Below, one piece after another: positions 37,534-46,846 of a DNA stretch of 64,000 nucleotides. Origin of the DNA: Candidatus Aenigmatarchaeota archaeon (GTDB lineage: Archaea; Aenigmatarchaeota; Aenigmatarchaeia; GW2011-AR5); contig JBAZQV010000001.1 of the NCBI GenBank assembly GCA_041645025.1, positions 1,519-65,518 of the forward strand, written 5' to 3'. How positions within the stretch are numbered: the stretch's first letter is position 1; each line of letters opens with the position of its first letter. A program made the position numbers and the translations under genes. The notes beneath the pieces were generated by a model. It was not told the origin of the DNA and searched no databases. It worked only from the letters and a program-made list of their open reading frames with translations.

Positions 37534-37923
37534 CTACCATTCTTCCACTTTCAGGTCTGGTATATTTTCGAAGTGTTTTTTGTTCCTGGTGACTAATATC
37601 ATATTATTAGACTTTGTTATACTTGCTATCATCAGGTCCAGGACTTGTGTCTGCTTACCAGATTTTTCAAGGTTTACGAAGTCTTCGCCAAAAACCTGAG
37701 AGCTTTCTACGTCAAATGCCAGCGTTTTATAGTCCCTTATAAGTCCATGCACCGTAGCTAAGTCGTTTTTTATATCTCTCGACTTGAATGCGCCTCTGAA
37801 GAGTTCGCACAAAGTTATTGTGGTTATGGATATACTTTCCGGCTCCACGGAATCAAGCATCTTTTTAATACCTTTGTCTCCACGAAGAAGCGGAATAAAT
37901 ATGCTAGAATCAAGGCAATACAT
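37534..37923 (-). CDS. vapC: PIN-domain toxin VapC
   Basis: MYCLDSSIFIPLL... PIN N-terminus. Confidence 0.65.
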   Translation of the reverse strand: MYCLDSSIFIPLLRGDKGIKKMLDSVEPESISITTITLCELFRGAFKSRDIKNDLATVHGLIRDYKTLAFDVESSQVFGEDFVNLEKSGKQTQVLDLMIASITKSNNMILVTRNKKHFENIPDLKVEEW

Positions 37924-38147
37924 TAGAATTCAACGTCCCGCATTTTTGTTTCTTTTCTTGTTTTCTCTATGCTTTTTTCGAGCCAGTCCAGAGATTCTTT
38001 GTCGGACCACTTCCCAAAGAAATAGCTCAGAGGTTTTTTTTCCTTTTTAGTGAGCTCTAAAACTACATCAGAAAAGGAGTCGCCTTCTTTTTTTAATTTG
38101 CCCAGTTCCGCATATGCGTCGTCCGACAGGGAAATCACTTTTGTCAT
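37923..38147 (-). CDS. vapB: VapB-family antitoxin (start trimmed)
   Basis: MTKVISLSDDAYAELGKLKKEGDSFSDVV is similar to the other three antitoxins; 1-nt overlap with the PIN gene. Confidence 0.5.
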   Translation of the reverse strand: MTKVISLSDDAYAELGKLKKEGDSFSDVVLELTKKEKKPLSYFFGKWSDKESLDWLEKSIEKTRKETKMRDVEF

Positions 38148-38178
38148 ATTATATATATGCATGCATGTATATATAAAG

Positions 38179-39897
38179 TTACTTGACAGTCACAGATTTA
38201 GCTAAATTTCTTGGCTTATCGATCGGCAGACCTTTCTCTCGGGCTATGTAATAGGTCAGCAGCTGGCCGATAACAGCAGCGCTCAGGGCAGAGGATAATT
38301 TATCCCCTGCTTCTATGCTTATTGCCTCTCCTAACACACCATTCCCACCTATTTCTATTATTCTTCCTCCGCGAGCTTTGACTTCCATGGCATTGGATAC
38401 GATTTCGCTTTTTCCGTCCATTAAAACAATAACAGGCGTGCCTTCTTCTATCAGCGCGAGCGTGCCATGTTTTAACTCTCCACCCATCATGCCTTCTGCA
38501 TGAATGTAAGATATTTCCTTTATCTTCAAAGCGATTTCTCTTGCCACAGGATAAAGAAAACCTCTTCCGATCACGTAAATGTCGCTATGCTTTGCTAACG
38601 ACTTTGCTATTTGTTTTATTTTTCCCTCCTGACTGAAAATGTGCTTTATGCTTTTTGAAACTTGTTCCACGGAGTTTTTCTTCTCGAACAGGGAAGCCAG
38701 ATATGCCAGGCAGACTACTTGATTTACAAATGATTTTGTTGCGGCTACGCATATTTCCTGGCCTGCCTCGATATTTACTGATACGTTGCTCATTCTCTGG
38801 ATTGTTGAGTAGGGCACATTAATAAGGGAAGCGATTTTTGCTCCTTTATCCTTCATGCCGTGCAGAGCTTCTATCACGTCCATTGTTTCTCCTGACTGGG
38901 TAACGGCTATTATCAGGGTTTCTTTATCAACCAGATAGAAATTCCGGAACTCGCTCGCTATTATGGCATGTGCTTCCACGCCAACTTTGTTCAAAAAATA
39001 GACGCCAAGGAGAGTTGCATGGTAGGATGTGCCTGATGCCACGAAAACAATGCGCTTTGCTTCGGTCATCAGTTTCTTCATCTTTTCCAAGTCTGAATTT
39101 TGTTCTGTATTCAGGGAATTAATTAAACGTTCTACGACGGCGGGCTCTTCATAAATTTCTTTGATCATGTAGTGATCAAAGTTCTTTTTTTCTTCCTGGC
39201 CTGACCATTTGACTGTGATTATATCCTTGGTAACGGGGATAAGCTTGGTACCGTCAAATTTGTAGAAATCAAAACTGTCCTCATTAACAATCGCAAATTC
39301 ATCCTCGTTGAAAAATATGGCCTTGTCAGTCTTGTCAGAGAAAGCGTAAATATCGCTGGCTATTACGTGGCCATCTTTCATCAGACCGAGTGAGAGGGGC
39401 GAGCCACGCTTGAATGCGTACAGGTTATTGTCGCCTTTTACCATCACAACCACGGCAAATGTTCCTTGAGCGTCTTTCATGAAATCTTTTATTGCATCGC
39501 GTATTGTTTTTGTCTTTGCTTTCTCTTCAATATAGTGCGCAATAACTTCTGTGTCTGTCTCGCTGGAAAATACGTGACCTGGCAACTGCTTTTTCAGATC
39601 CAGATAGTTTTCAATTATACCATTGTGAACGAGTATTATTTTTCCTGTGCAATCTTTGTGGGGGTGTGCGTTTGCTTTTGTCACGCCTCCGTGAGTTGCC
39701 CAACGACAATGTGAAATCGCCAAACTACATTCATTACTTTTTACAGCCTTTATCTCACCGACTTCTTTTTCAAACAAACCAGTGTCTGTTGCAATTCCGA
39801 AAGAATCATAACCGCGATACTCAAGTCGCTTTAGCATTTGCAGCGCTTCGACAGAAGAAAACACCCCTTTTTTTACCAGTCCTATAATACCACACAT
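38179..39897 (-). CDS. glmS: Glutamine--fructose-6-phosphate aminotransferase (isomerizing)
   Basis: MCGIIG N-terminal nucleophile; two SIS domains; 572 aa. Confidence 0.9.
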   Translation of the reverse strand: MCGIIGLVKKGVFSSVEALQMLKRLEYRGYDSFGIATDTGLFEKEVGEIKAVKSNECSLAISHCRWATHGGVTKANAHPHKDCTGKIILVHNGIIENYLDLKKQLPGHVFSSETDTEVIAHYIEEKAKTKTIRDAIKDFMKDAQGTFAVVVMVKGDNNLYAFKRGSPLSLGLMKDGHVIASDIYAFSDKTDKAIFFNEDEFAIVNEDSFDFYKFDGTKLIPVTKDIITVKWSGQEEKKNFDHYMIKEIYEEPAVVERLINSLNTEQNSDLEKMKKLMTEAKRIVFVASGTSYHATLLGVYFLNKVGVEAHAIIASEFRNFYLVDKETLIIAVTQSGETMDVIEALHGMKDKGAKIASLINVPYSTIQRMSNVSVNIEAGQEICVAATKSFVNQVVCLAYLASLFEKKNSVEQVSKSIKHIFSQEGKIKQIAKSLAKHSDIYVIGRGFLYPVAREIALKIKEISYIHAEGMMGGELKHGTLALIEEGTPVIVLMDGKSEIVSNAMEVKARGGRIIEIGGNGVLGEAISIEAGDKLSSALSAAVIGQLLTYYIAREKGLPIDKPRNLAKSVTVK

Positions 39898-39995
39898 TAT
39901 CGATCCCTTTTCTTACAAAGAAAATGTCTAGATATCACCCTAAAAGAAATGGTGTTCCTCAAGACCTTATCTTCAAACGTTATTTTCATTTTTAA

Positions 39996-41162
39996 TTATT
40001 CTTTCTGCTGCTGGTAGTTGCTCAACGGCAGCTCGGTTTTTATGTCTTCATTGACGGTCATGCAAGCTGGTATAAGCAGATTGGGCCATATTCTTTTTCC
40101 AGGCATCACGGTTACACGCGTGCCGAACTTAACACCATCACCGACAATTGCGCCTAACTTGTGGTGATTACTGTCAACACGAACGCCGTTGATTTCCATT
40201 TTTACATTCTTGTCATCCAGTCTTAGATTGGCAAAAATTGTGCCGCCGCCCACGTTGCATTTGCGTCCTATGATTGTGTCACCAACATAACTGAGATGCG
40301 ATACAAAGGAATTGTCCATTATTATTGAGTTCTTTACTTCTACCGCCTGACCGACTTTGCAGTTCTTTCCTATGGAAGAATATTTTCGTATGTAACAGTT
40401 AGGACCTATGACGCTTCCGGCATCTATGGCTACGGGATCTTCTACAACAGCTCCTGGCCGCAGCTCGACGGAAGGATGAATATTTTTCCCGTATTTATCA
40501 AGCAGATATTTGTTGACATCTAGTATATTCCATGGATAGGATAGTGGGATCCATACGCTGACATTGTGGTTTTTTATTTTCACACCCCCTGCCAGCATAG
40601 CTTTTATTGCATCTGTCAGTTCGTATTCACCTCTTGGCGAAATAGGAATTTTCTTCAAGTAGGAAAAAATACTTTCGTCAAATAAATAGAGGCCGCAATT
40701 GACCAAGTTGGATTTTGGTTTTTCTGGTTTTTCCTCAAGGTCTATGACCCAGCCATCTTTGGTTTCTACCACGCCATATATTTTAGGGTTTTCTGAGGAA
40801 AAAGAGCCGAGAGCAGTTTCGTTCAGCTGGGAAATGTTTTCTATGTCTTCTTTTCCGTAGATATCATCGCCGTACATGGCTATGAATCTTCCCTTTATTC
40901 CTTCTGCCTGAAGCAGCGCGTGACCAGTTCCCAACGGCGCGTCCTGAAAAAGTAGCCTGACTTTTTTGTTGTTGATAAAATGGCTTATTATGTCACGCTG
41001 GTTTTCATTTACAATTATTATTATCTCGTCGCAGAAATCCAGGAATTCGCAAGTCCATTGAAGTACTGGCTTGTTGGCAACGGGCAGCATGCCTTTGCTC
41101 ATTGTCAGCGTAAGCGGTTGCATTCTCGTCCCTTTGCCTGCAGCTATGACAACAGCTTTCAT
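39996..41162 (-). CDS. Bifunctional sugar-1-phosphate nucleotidylyltransferase/acetyltransferase (GlmU-like, left-handed beta-helix)
   Basis: MKAVVIAAGKGTRM N-terminus; C-terminal hexapeptide repeats. Confidence 0.8.
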   Translation of the reverse strand: MKAVVIAAGKGTRMQPLTLTMSKGMLPVANKPVLQWTCEFLDFCDEIIIIVNENQRDIISHFINNKKVRLLFQDAPLGTGHALLQAEGIKGRFIAMYGDDIYGKEDIENISQLNETALGSFSSENPKIYGVVETKDGWVIDLEEKPEKPKSNLVNCGLYLFDESIFSYLKKIPISPRGEYELTDAIKAMLAGGVKIKNHNVSVWIPLSYPWNILDVNKYLLDKYGKNIHPSVELRPGAVVEDPVAIDAGSVIGPNCYIRKYSSIGKNCKVGQAVEVKNSIIMDNSFVSHLSYVGDTIIGRKCNVGGGTIFANLRLDDKNVKMEINGVRVDSNHHKLGAIVGDGVKFGTRVTVMPGKRIWPNLLIPACMTVNEDIKTELPLSNYQQQKE

Positions 41163-41234
41163 TACCTTTCCTTGAATCCAATGCTTAAATATAGCTATTA
41201 AAAGATTTTTAGTACCATTATAAAATAAATTAAA

Positions 41235-42101
41235 GTGATTAACATGCAGATAGTAAACGAGGAAAAGGGCAAAATGCTCTCTATAGGCGCAAAGGAAAAA
41301 CAGTTATTTTCTGGAATAGCTTTGAAGATACTAAAGACTCTTGCTGATCATGAAAGCTATCCGAAGGAGATTGCTAACCAGCTTCGTTTGGACGAGCAGA
41401 AAATATATTATCATATCAGGCAACTGGAGAAAAAAGGATATATATCTCTCGTGAGGAAGGAGGAAAGAGGCGGGGCGCTGGCAAAGTTTTATGCCCTGAC
41501 AAGCCCGGCATTTTTTGTCCGCTTTGGCGAGTTTCAGGAAACAAAAAGATTTTCTGCTGCTACAAATTTCCTGCCTTTTATTTCAAATGGCAGGCTGGAA
41601 GCGAAGATAATAGTTGGCAGCCCTGACCCGCACGGGCCGGAAAAAGCGAGGAGCAGGGACGTGACATTTGCCGTGGATCTTGCTTTGTTCCTTGGGACAT
41701 TCCTGAATAAAGTTGAAGTCTTGTCTGTTTTAGAGGACAAAGACGTTCACAGCCATGACCTTAGCAGCAACCTGATAATAGTCGGCGGTCCTGTTACCAA
41801 TAAAGTTACTAAGATGGTCAATGATAAACTGCCTGTAAGGTTTGATGCAAAGAAAAATATAATGTCCAGAAAAAAGGTTTACAAGGAAGACGAGTGTGGG
41901 TTCATTGCCAAAACCGATAACCCATTCAGCAAAGGAAAGAAAATAATAGTCATAGCCGGCAAAAGATACAGCGGCACAAAGGCGGCTGTTATAGCTTTCA
42001 TAAATAATTTTGATTTGATTGAAAAGAAAAATTACCTTATCGTCGAGGGACTTGATAATGATGGCGATGGGGAAATAGACGACGCAAGAGTACTGGAATA
42101 A
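41235..42101 (+). CDS. Winged-helix (ArsR/MarR-like) domain protein with a C-terminal domain of unknown function
   Basis: ILKTLADHESYPKEIANQLRLDEQKIYYHIRQLEKKGYI is a wHTH. Confidence 0.45.
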   Translation: MINMQIVNEEKGKMLSIGAKEKQLFSGIALKILKTLADHESYPKEIANQLRLDEQKIYYHIRQLEKKGYISLVRKEERGGALAKFYALTSPAFFVRFGEFQETKRFSAATNFLPFISNGRLEAKIIVGSPDPHGPEKARSRDVTFAVDLALFLGTFLNKVEVLSVLEDKDVHSHDLSSNLIIVGGPVTNKVTKMVNDKLPVRFDAKKNIMSRKKVYKEDECGFIAKTDNPFSKGKKIIVIAGKRYSGTKAAVIAFINNFDLIEKKNYLIVEGLDNDGDGEIDDARVLE

Positions 42102-42473
42102 TTACACTTTCTTATAGCCGTGACTTAAAGCTTCTTCAATAAAAGCACCAGCTATTTGGTGTTCTTTATAAACAGTAACATCTCCGCTGTTGTGATGGGT
42201 TTCGATTGTTGCAACTGGGTGCCCTTCTACACCAACATCTCCTACATGAGGATCAAGGTCATGCCAACCATAATCATGGTGCAGATCTTTGCAATGACGT
42301 CTTGTAAAATCTTTGATCAACTGACGTCTGTCGTCCATTGCCTGAAGCACACCACAAACATACTCTGCAACAGCAGACGTTCTAGGCCAATTTTTTAAAA
42401 CATCAAATAAGGCAGGGCAGTATTCTCTTGGTGCCAAATTTTTGTGTAGATGAGCTACTGGCATTTTAATCAC
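42102..42473 (-). CDS. Hypothetical His-rich protein
   Basis: 123-aa ORF. Confidence 0.3.
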   Translation of the reverse strand: MIKMPVAHLHKNLAPREYCPALFDVLKNWPRTSAVAEYVCGVLQAMDDRRQLIKDFTRRHCKDLHHDYGWHDLDPHVGDVGVEGHPVATIETHHNSGDVTVYKEHQIAGAFIEEALSHGYKKV

Positions 42474-43409
42474 TTATACTGTTTCTTCTTCCTTAGACTT
42501 CTTCTCGACTTCCTCTTCTATGTCAAGAGCTTCAGCCATTTCCTTGTAGCGGTTGCGTATCGTTACCTCGGTCACACCTACGACGTCTGCTACTTCCCGT
42601 TGTGTCTTTCTTTCACCTTCCAATACGGAGGCAATGTAAATAGCAGCAGCAGCGCAGCCACATGGACCTTTGCCGCTGATAACGTCTTTTTCTTTAGCTG
42701 TCTTGAGTATCTTTATTGCCCTCATCTGGGTGCGGTCTGACAGCTTAAGCATTGAGCTGAATCTTGGTATGTATGATTCTGCACGAGCTGGCAAAATCCT
42801 TATGTCTAATTTACGAGAAATATACCTATAAGTGCGGCCAAGTTCTCTCTTGCCGATACCGGAAGCTTGGGATATCTCTGTTAATGTGCGCGGTGTTTCG
42901 TATTCGCGCGAAAGGGAGTAGACAAGAGCGGCAATTATTGACTCGATCGAGCGGCCACGAACAAGGCTCTTCTGCAATGCCTTTTCATAGAGCTTTGCAA
43001 CTTCCTCATGCAATGTTTTAGGTAAACCTAGAAATGAAATTAGTCTCTGGAGCTCGCTTAGCGCGAATGACATGTTGCGATCTTTGCTCGTTAGAAGCCT
43101 TTTTTGCCATTTTCTAATACGGAAGAACTGGCTTCTTTTCTTGGCAGGCACCTTGAACAGTTCTGTGGTGCCTTTGCCTATTTCCGTTGTAAGGCCTTTA
43201 TCATGACGCTTGTGTGTTAGAGGAGCTCCTGTTCTTGCACGCTTTACTTTCTGGTCGTGGTCAAAAGCACGCCATTCCTGGCCTGTATCTACCATAGACT
43301 CTTCCAGTACAAGCCCGCACTTAGCGCAGACCTTTTCCGCTTTTTCAGGATCTCTGTAGAAATGTTTAGAGCCGCATTCAGGACATTTTTCTAACATTTT
43401 TATCACCAA
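42474..43409 (-). CDS. tfb: Transcription initiation factor IIB (TFB)
   Basis: N-terminal zinc ribbon CPECGSKHFYRD...CAKCG plus two cyclin folds. Confidence 0.9.
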   Translation of the reverse strand: MVIKMLEKCPECGSKHFYRDPEKAEKVCAKCGLVLEESMVDTGQEWRAFDHDQKVKRARTGAPLTHKRHDKGLTTEIGKGTTELFKVPAKKRSQFFRIRKWQKRLLTSKDRNMSFALSELQRLISFLGLPKTLHEEVAKLYEKALQKSLVRGRSIESIIAALVYSLSREYETPRTLTEISQASGIGKRELGRTYRYISRKLDIRILPARAESYIPRFSSMLKLSDRTQMRAIKILKTAKEKDVISGKGPCGCAAAAIYIASVLEGERKTQREVADVVGVTEVTIRNRYKEMAEALDIEEEVEKKSKEEETV

Positions 43410-43684
43410 ATTCGTATAGGACGCTTGTTTTTATTTTGAAGACATACAGAATATAATTTATCACTCAGTTGAAGTAACATTTTGTCTTGCCGACATAAAC
43501 CTTTACTTTCAGCAGTAAAGTATTTAAAGATTTTCACGTTTTTATAGGCGGTATTTATAAAGCTTTAAAAACCGGGCACTGTAACGTTCTTGGGACTTTA
43601 ATAAGACTGTAACAGAACGGGACTTGCTAATTTTAGTTAAATATTGAGACTTGTTTTCTTAAAGTTTGTATATAAAAATAAAAT

Positions 43685-44710
43685 ATGTCCAATTTCATAG
43701 GAATTGACTCAAGAAAGTTCCTAAGAAAAGGGATAACTAATGATTTTCTTGGCATGATTGCAATAGGAATAGAAGTTAAGAGTTATGATTATTTTAAAGA
43801 CAAATATATTTCCGTAATTTCTGATTTATTGAGAAAAAGAGGCATAAAACCAGATAGAAGTGTATACAAATCGTATGATTTGCATAGACTTGGCATAACA
43901 CACGACTTTTATAAAGAATTTTATAATAGTATATTAGACCATATAGAAAGCTTGTATGTATTTTATTCTTATTTCACATATACGCCCTTAACCAGTCGAG
44001 TTAGAATATTTCCTTTTACATCCAATAAAGAGATTAGTTTCATAGATTTTATAGGCAATCATTTAGATTCTCCATTTCCTCATGTATGTTTATGGCAATT
44101 ACATACAATGGGACATCTAAAGGGTAATGCATTTCTCGATGGATTCAATGGAAAAGTTACCAATGCTTGGAAAGCTATAGAAGACTTGACATCATTTTTC
44201 ATTTTGCCAAATGGGGATAAATCCAACGCATTAATTGCCTCATCTGATATACTCATGAATTATTTCGATATTCAATTATTTGATAATGGTGGAAAATTAA
44301 CACCAACAGATATTAAGGACGTATTTCCTGAATTAGACAAAGCAAACAAACTGAAAACAATGTTCATAAGCAATGCATGTTTATACCACATTATACCACT
44401 ATCAGAAGCATTGAATATTCCGACACATCAGAAAATTCCACATCCTATATTTTTTATATTCAAAGAAAAGAATAGTGGAATAAATGAAAGAACTATAGAA
44501 CATTCTCCACTATTCAGAAAAATCATAGACTTATCTTTTAAGAATAATGGGTGCTTTAAGTTTTTTGATGCAGATTTTGACTATAATGTTATTTCAGAGA
44601 AAGATTATTTTATTCATTTTGGTGATGAAGGTAAAAAAACCTCTGAAAATCTCAAGAATTTAGGATACTCTCTTAAACCACTGAACTTTGCAGAACTTGA
44701 AAAATTGTAA
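43685..44710 (+). CDS. Hypothetical protein (341 aa)
   Basis: ORF in a local AT-rich context; no motif recognised. Confidence 0.4.
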   Translation: MSNFIGIDSRKFLRKGITNDFLGMIAIGIEVKSYDYFKDKYISVISDLLRKRGIKPDRSVYKSYDLHRLGITHDFYKEFYNSILDHIESLYVFYSYFTYTPLTSRVRIFPFTSNKEISFIDFIGNHLDSPFPHVCLWQLHTMGHLKGNAFLDGFNGKVTNAWKAIEDLTSFFILPNGDKSNALIASSDILMNYFDIQLFDNGGKLTPTDIKDVFPELDKANKLKTMFISNACLYHIIPLSEALNIPTHQKIPHPIFFIFKEKNSGINERTIEHSPLFRKIIDLSFKNNGCFKFFDADFDYNVISEKDYFIHFGDEGKKTSENLKNLGYSLKPLNFAELEKL

Positions 44711-44791
44711 GGCGAAAAGCTTATAAGTATACAATATATATATAACTTGGTCAATGTCACAGACAAGTGGTGTTGTCCTTCAATATATTGA

Positions 44792-45050
44792 TTAGATCTT
44801 TTGAATGTTCTTTTTTATTAATTCTATCCATCTATTTCTCTCTGTGTTTTGTATTCCTGCCACTTGGCTGGGTGTTTTTCCATTCAAAGCCATATGAGGC
44901 TTAACAAAGTTGTAATAAGTTCTGAATAATTCTGCCACAATCTCGGCATTCTTCTGACCTTTGAAGCCTCGCATGATTTTGTCCTAGATAGCGGAGCGAA
45001 AAACAACAACGAGGCAGTTGTCACACTGATTAAGAAGGCTTTGAAGAAGT
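44792..45050 (-). pseudogene. Degraded transposase remnant (rve/DDE integrase C-terminal fragment)
   Basis: 60-aa ORF RGFKGQKNAEIVAELFRTYYNFVKPHMALNGKTPSQ is the C-terminal tail of a DDE transposase; upstream frame is broken by a stop. Confidence 0.55.
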
Positions 45051-45053
45051 AGA

Positions 45054-45242
45054 TTACAGTCCGCCTTTCTTTTCTTCTTCATGTATGTAAAGAAGAACAA
45101 TTTGTTTGATTACGTCGGCTCGCTTGTTGCCGAGCCGTCCGATATTACAAAGCTTATCGATTAAATCTACTTGTTTTATCGTAAATGTAACCTGAACCTT
45201 TTTCGTAGATTTCCCTGTTATTTCTTTAGGCATGCGAAACAC
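45054..45242 (-). CDS. Small ribbon-helix-helix-like DNA-binding protein
   Basis: KKVQVTFTIKQVDLIDKL...NKRADVIKQIVLLYI fits a beta-strand/helix/helix RHH pattern. Confidence 0.35.
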   Translation of the reverse strand: MFRMPKEITGKSTKKVQVTFTIKQVDLIDKLCNIGRLGNKRADVIKQIVLLYIHEEEKKGGL

Positions 45243-45372
45243 TTATGTCGTTTATTATGTGTCTATTGTGTGTCTAAAAGTATTTATCATTTCTAAGATT
45301 TATAAACTTATCTTCTTAATGAGGAATACAGAGGATATATGAGGACAGGTATCCCTAAGGGGATTCCTTTAA

Positions 45373-46143
45373 ATGCTTCAGATAAATTCTAATAATGGGG
45401 TGTTGAGGATGAATGACAAGAAAAAGATTGATGATGAAAAACAAGAACAGGCAACTATCAAGAAAGGTCGCAGTACAGCGAAAGACTATCCAGTAGTAAC
45501 TATACAGACTGCATTGGAAGTGTGTGAGGCAATTCAAAAATGCGGCGGTGTGGCAGACTCTTACGAGCTTATTGGGAAAGTTCTGAATGTTCGTGGCGGT
45601 GCATTGAACAATAGAATAACGGCAGCCCGAAGATATGGTCTTGTAGAGAAAGACAAATTAGTTAATACAGAATTGGCAATCAGAATTCTCAAGCCAATAG
45701 AACCAGATGAGGACAAGAAAGCACAGCGGGAAGCAATACTATCAGTTACTTTGTTTCGGGAAATTCTACAGAGGTTTGGAAATAGTTTGCCCGCAGATAA
45801 CATATTCAAGAATATCCTTATGCGTTCCTACGGAATACCTGAAGCTGCTGTGGTTAGAATGATATCTACAATAAGGAGAAATTTTGAGTTACTGAATGAG
45901 ACCACTGGAATTACAGAATTACCTATATCGCCTGATGCTATTCCAAGTAATAGTCAAATTACTACACCATCGTTAATAAGCAAAAAAGAATTAACTGAAT
46001 CGCTTGCAGATACAGAGTCTTATATCATCATCAAAGATGGCAAAAATAAATACACATTCATTATTGATGAAAAACTTGATTGGCATGTGCTTCAATATGT
46101 AATAGATTCGATGAAAAAGCACATAGAAGAAAGAGGAGAATGA
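45373..46143 (+). CDS. Hypothetical protein
   Basis: 256-aa ORF. Confidence 0.4.
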   Translation: MLQINSNNGVLRMNDKKKIDDEKQEQATIKKGRSTAKDYPVVTIQTALEVCEAIQKCGGVADSYELIGKVLNVRGGALNNRITAARRYGLVEKDKLVNTELAIRILKPIEPDEDKKAQREAILSVTLFREILQRFGNSLPADNIFKNILMRSYGIPEAAVVRMISTIRRNFELLNETTGITELPISPDAIPSNSQITTPSLISKKELTESLADTESYIIIKDGKNKYTFIIDEKLDWHVLQYVIDSMKKHIEERGE

Positions 46144-46226
46144 AGAAGAAAAATAAATGTTAATTTATCACGTGCAACAGATACATCTTTATCAATAAGC
46201 AAAATGCAAATATAAGAATAATGTTT

Positions 46227-46325
46227 CTTGCCCGTATCCGCCCTCACAAGTGGCACGGGCAAGCGGTGAGGAGGAGTCGGTTACTACACGAAGGATGGAA
46301 TCGCCGTAAGACACTCCTCATCTGC
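46227..46325 (+). ncRNA. GC-rich two-hairpin element in an AT-rich intergenic region (candidate small ncRNA)
   Basis: CTTGCCCGT/ACGGGCAAG 9-bp stem with a 19-nt loop, then a GAGGAGT/ACTCCTC stem; sharp local GC excess. Confidence 0.3.
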
Positions 46326-46487
46326 CTTTTTCCTTGAAACCTATGATTATAATGATGATTATGATGATGATAGGATAAAAAGCTATTTAACGTTTTTTCT
46401 ACCAATTACGAAAACAACAAACACGCAATTTTTTATTTCAGAACACTTCCTGCAACACTGCCAAAAACCGACAATTTGTGGGTTATA

Positions 46488-46670
46488 GTTCTCCAAGGAA
46501 ATAAACAGGATACGAGGAAGAATTGAAAATTCTTCCTGTACAGAAAGAACGAAGTTCTTTCTTGTATTACTTCCTTGGGAACTATACATGGTGAAGCAAC
46601 GATTCACCTGTACAGGAGAACCAAAGGTTCTCCATGTGTGTGAACCCAGTCGCATGAAAATTCTTTTCTG
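46488..46670 (+). ncRNA. Structured element, copy 2 of the family seen at 6407-6600
   Basis: Closing helix CCAAGGAA/TTCCTTGG, hairpins GGAAGAATT/AATTCTTCC and AGAAAGAAC/GTTCTTTCT, conserved CCTGTACAGG, covarying hairpins GGAGAACC/GGTTCTCC and GTGAACCCAG/CTGGGTTCAC. Confidence 0.4.
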
Positions 46671-46716
46671 GGTTCACTATAACAAGTGATTTCTGGACGA
46701 TTCTGATGATGATATG

Positions 46717-46812
46717 TTATAGCATGTGACATAAATAACCGTACATATTATGATGTCACTGCTATATGCAGAAGACATTATTTTGTACAAAAACTAATGT
46801 CTTCTACTATAG
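46717..46812 (-). repeat. 96-bp repeat A, right copy (inverted relative to 25537-25632)
   Basis: Reverse complement is 94/96 identical to 25537-25632. Confidence 0.8.
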
Positions 46813-46846
46813 TGAAGCTGTCTAGGAACAACACCAATAGCAGGAT

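Noticed and set aside
46346-46376. TGATGA-rich stretch resembling C boxes of a C/D box sRNA
   Set aside because: No matching D/D' (CUGA) boxes at appropriate spacing and no terminal stem; it looks like an ATGATGA microsatellite.
25537-46812. The inverted-repeat-bounded 21-kb segment as an integrated mobile element or provirus
   Set aside because: It carries essential single-copy genes (S3Ae, DNA ligase, TFB, GlmS) and has no integrase, so it is chromosomal backbone. The inverted repeats are more likely recombination/inversion substrates or duplicated sRNA genes.
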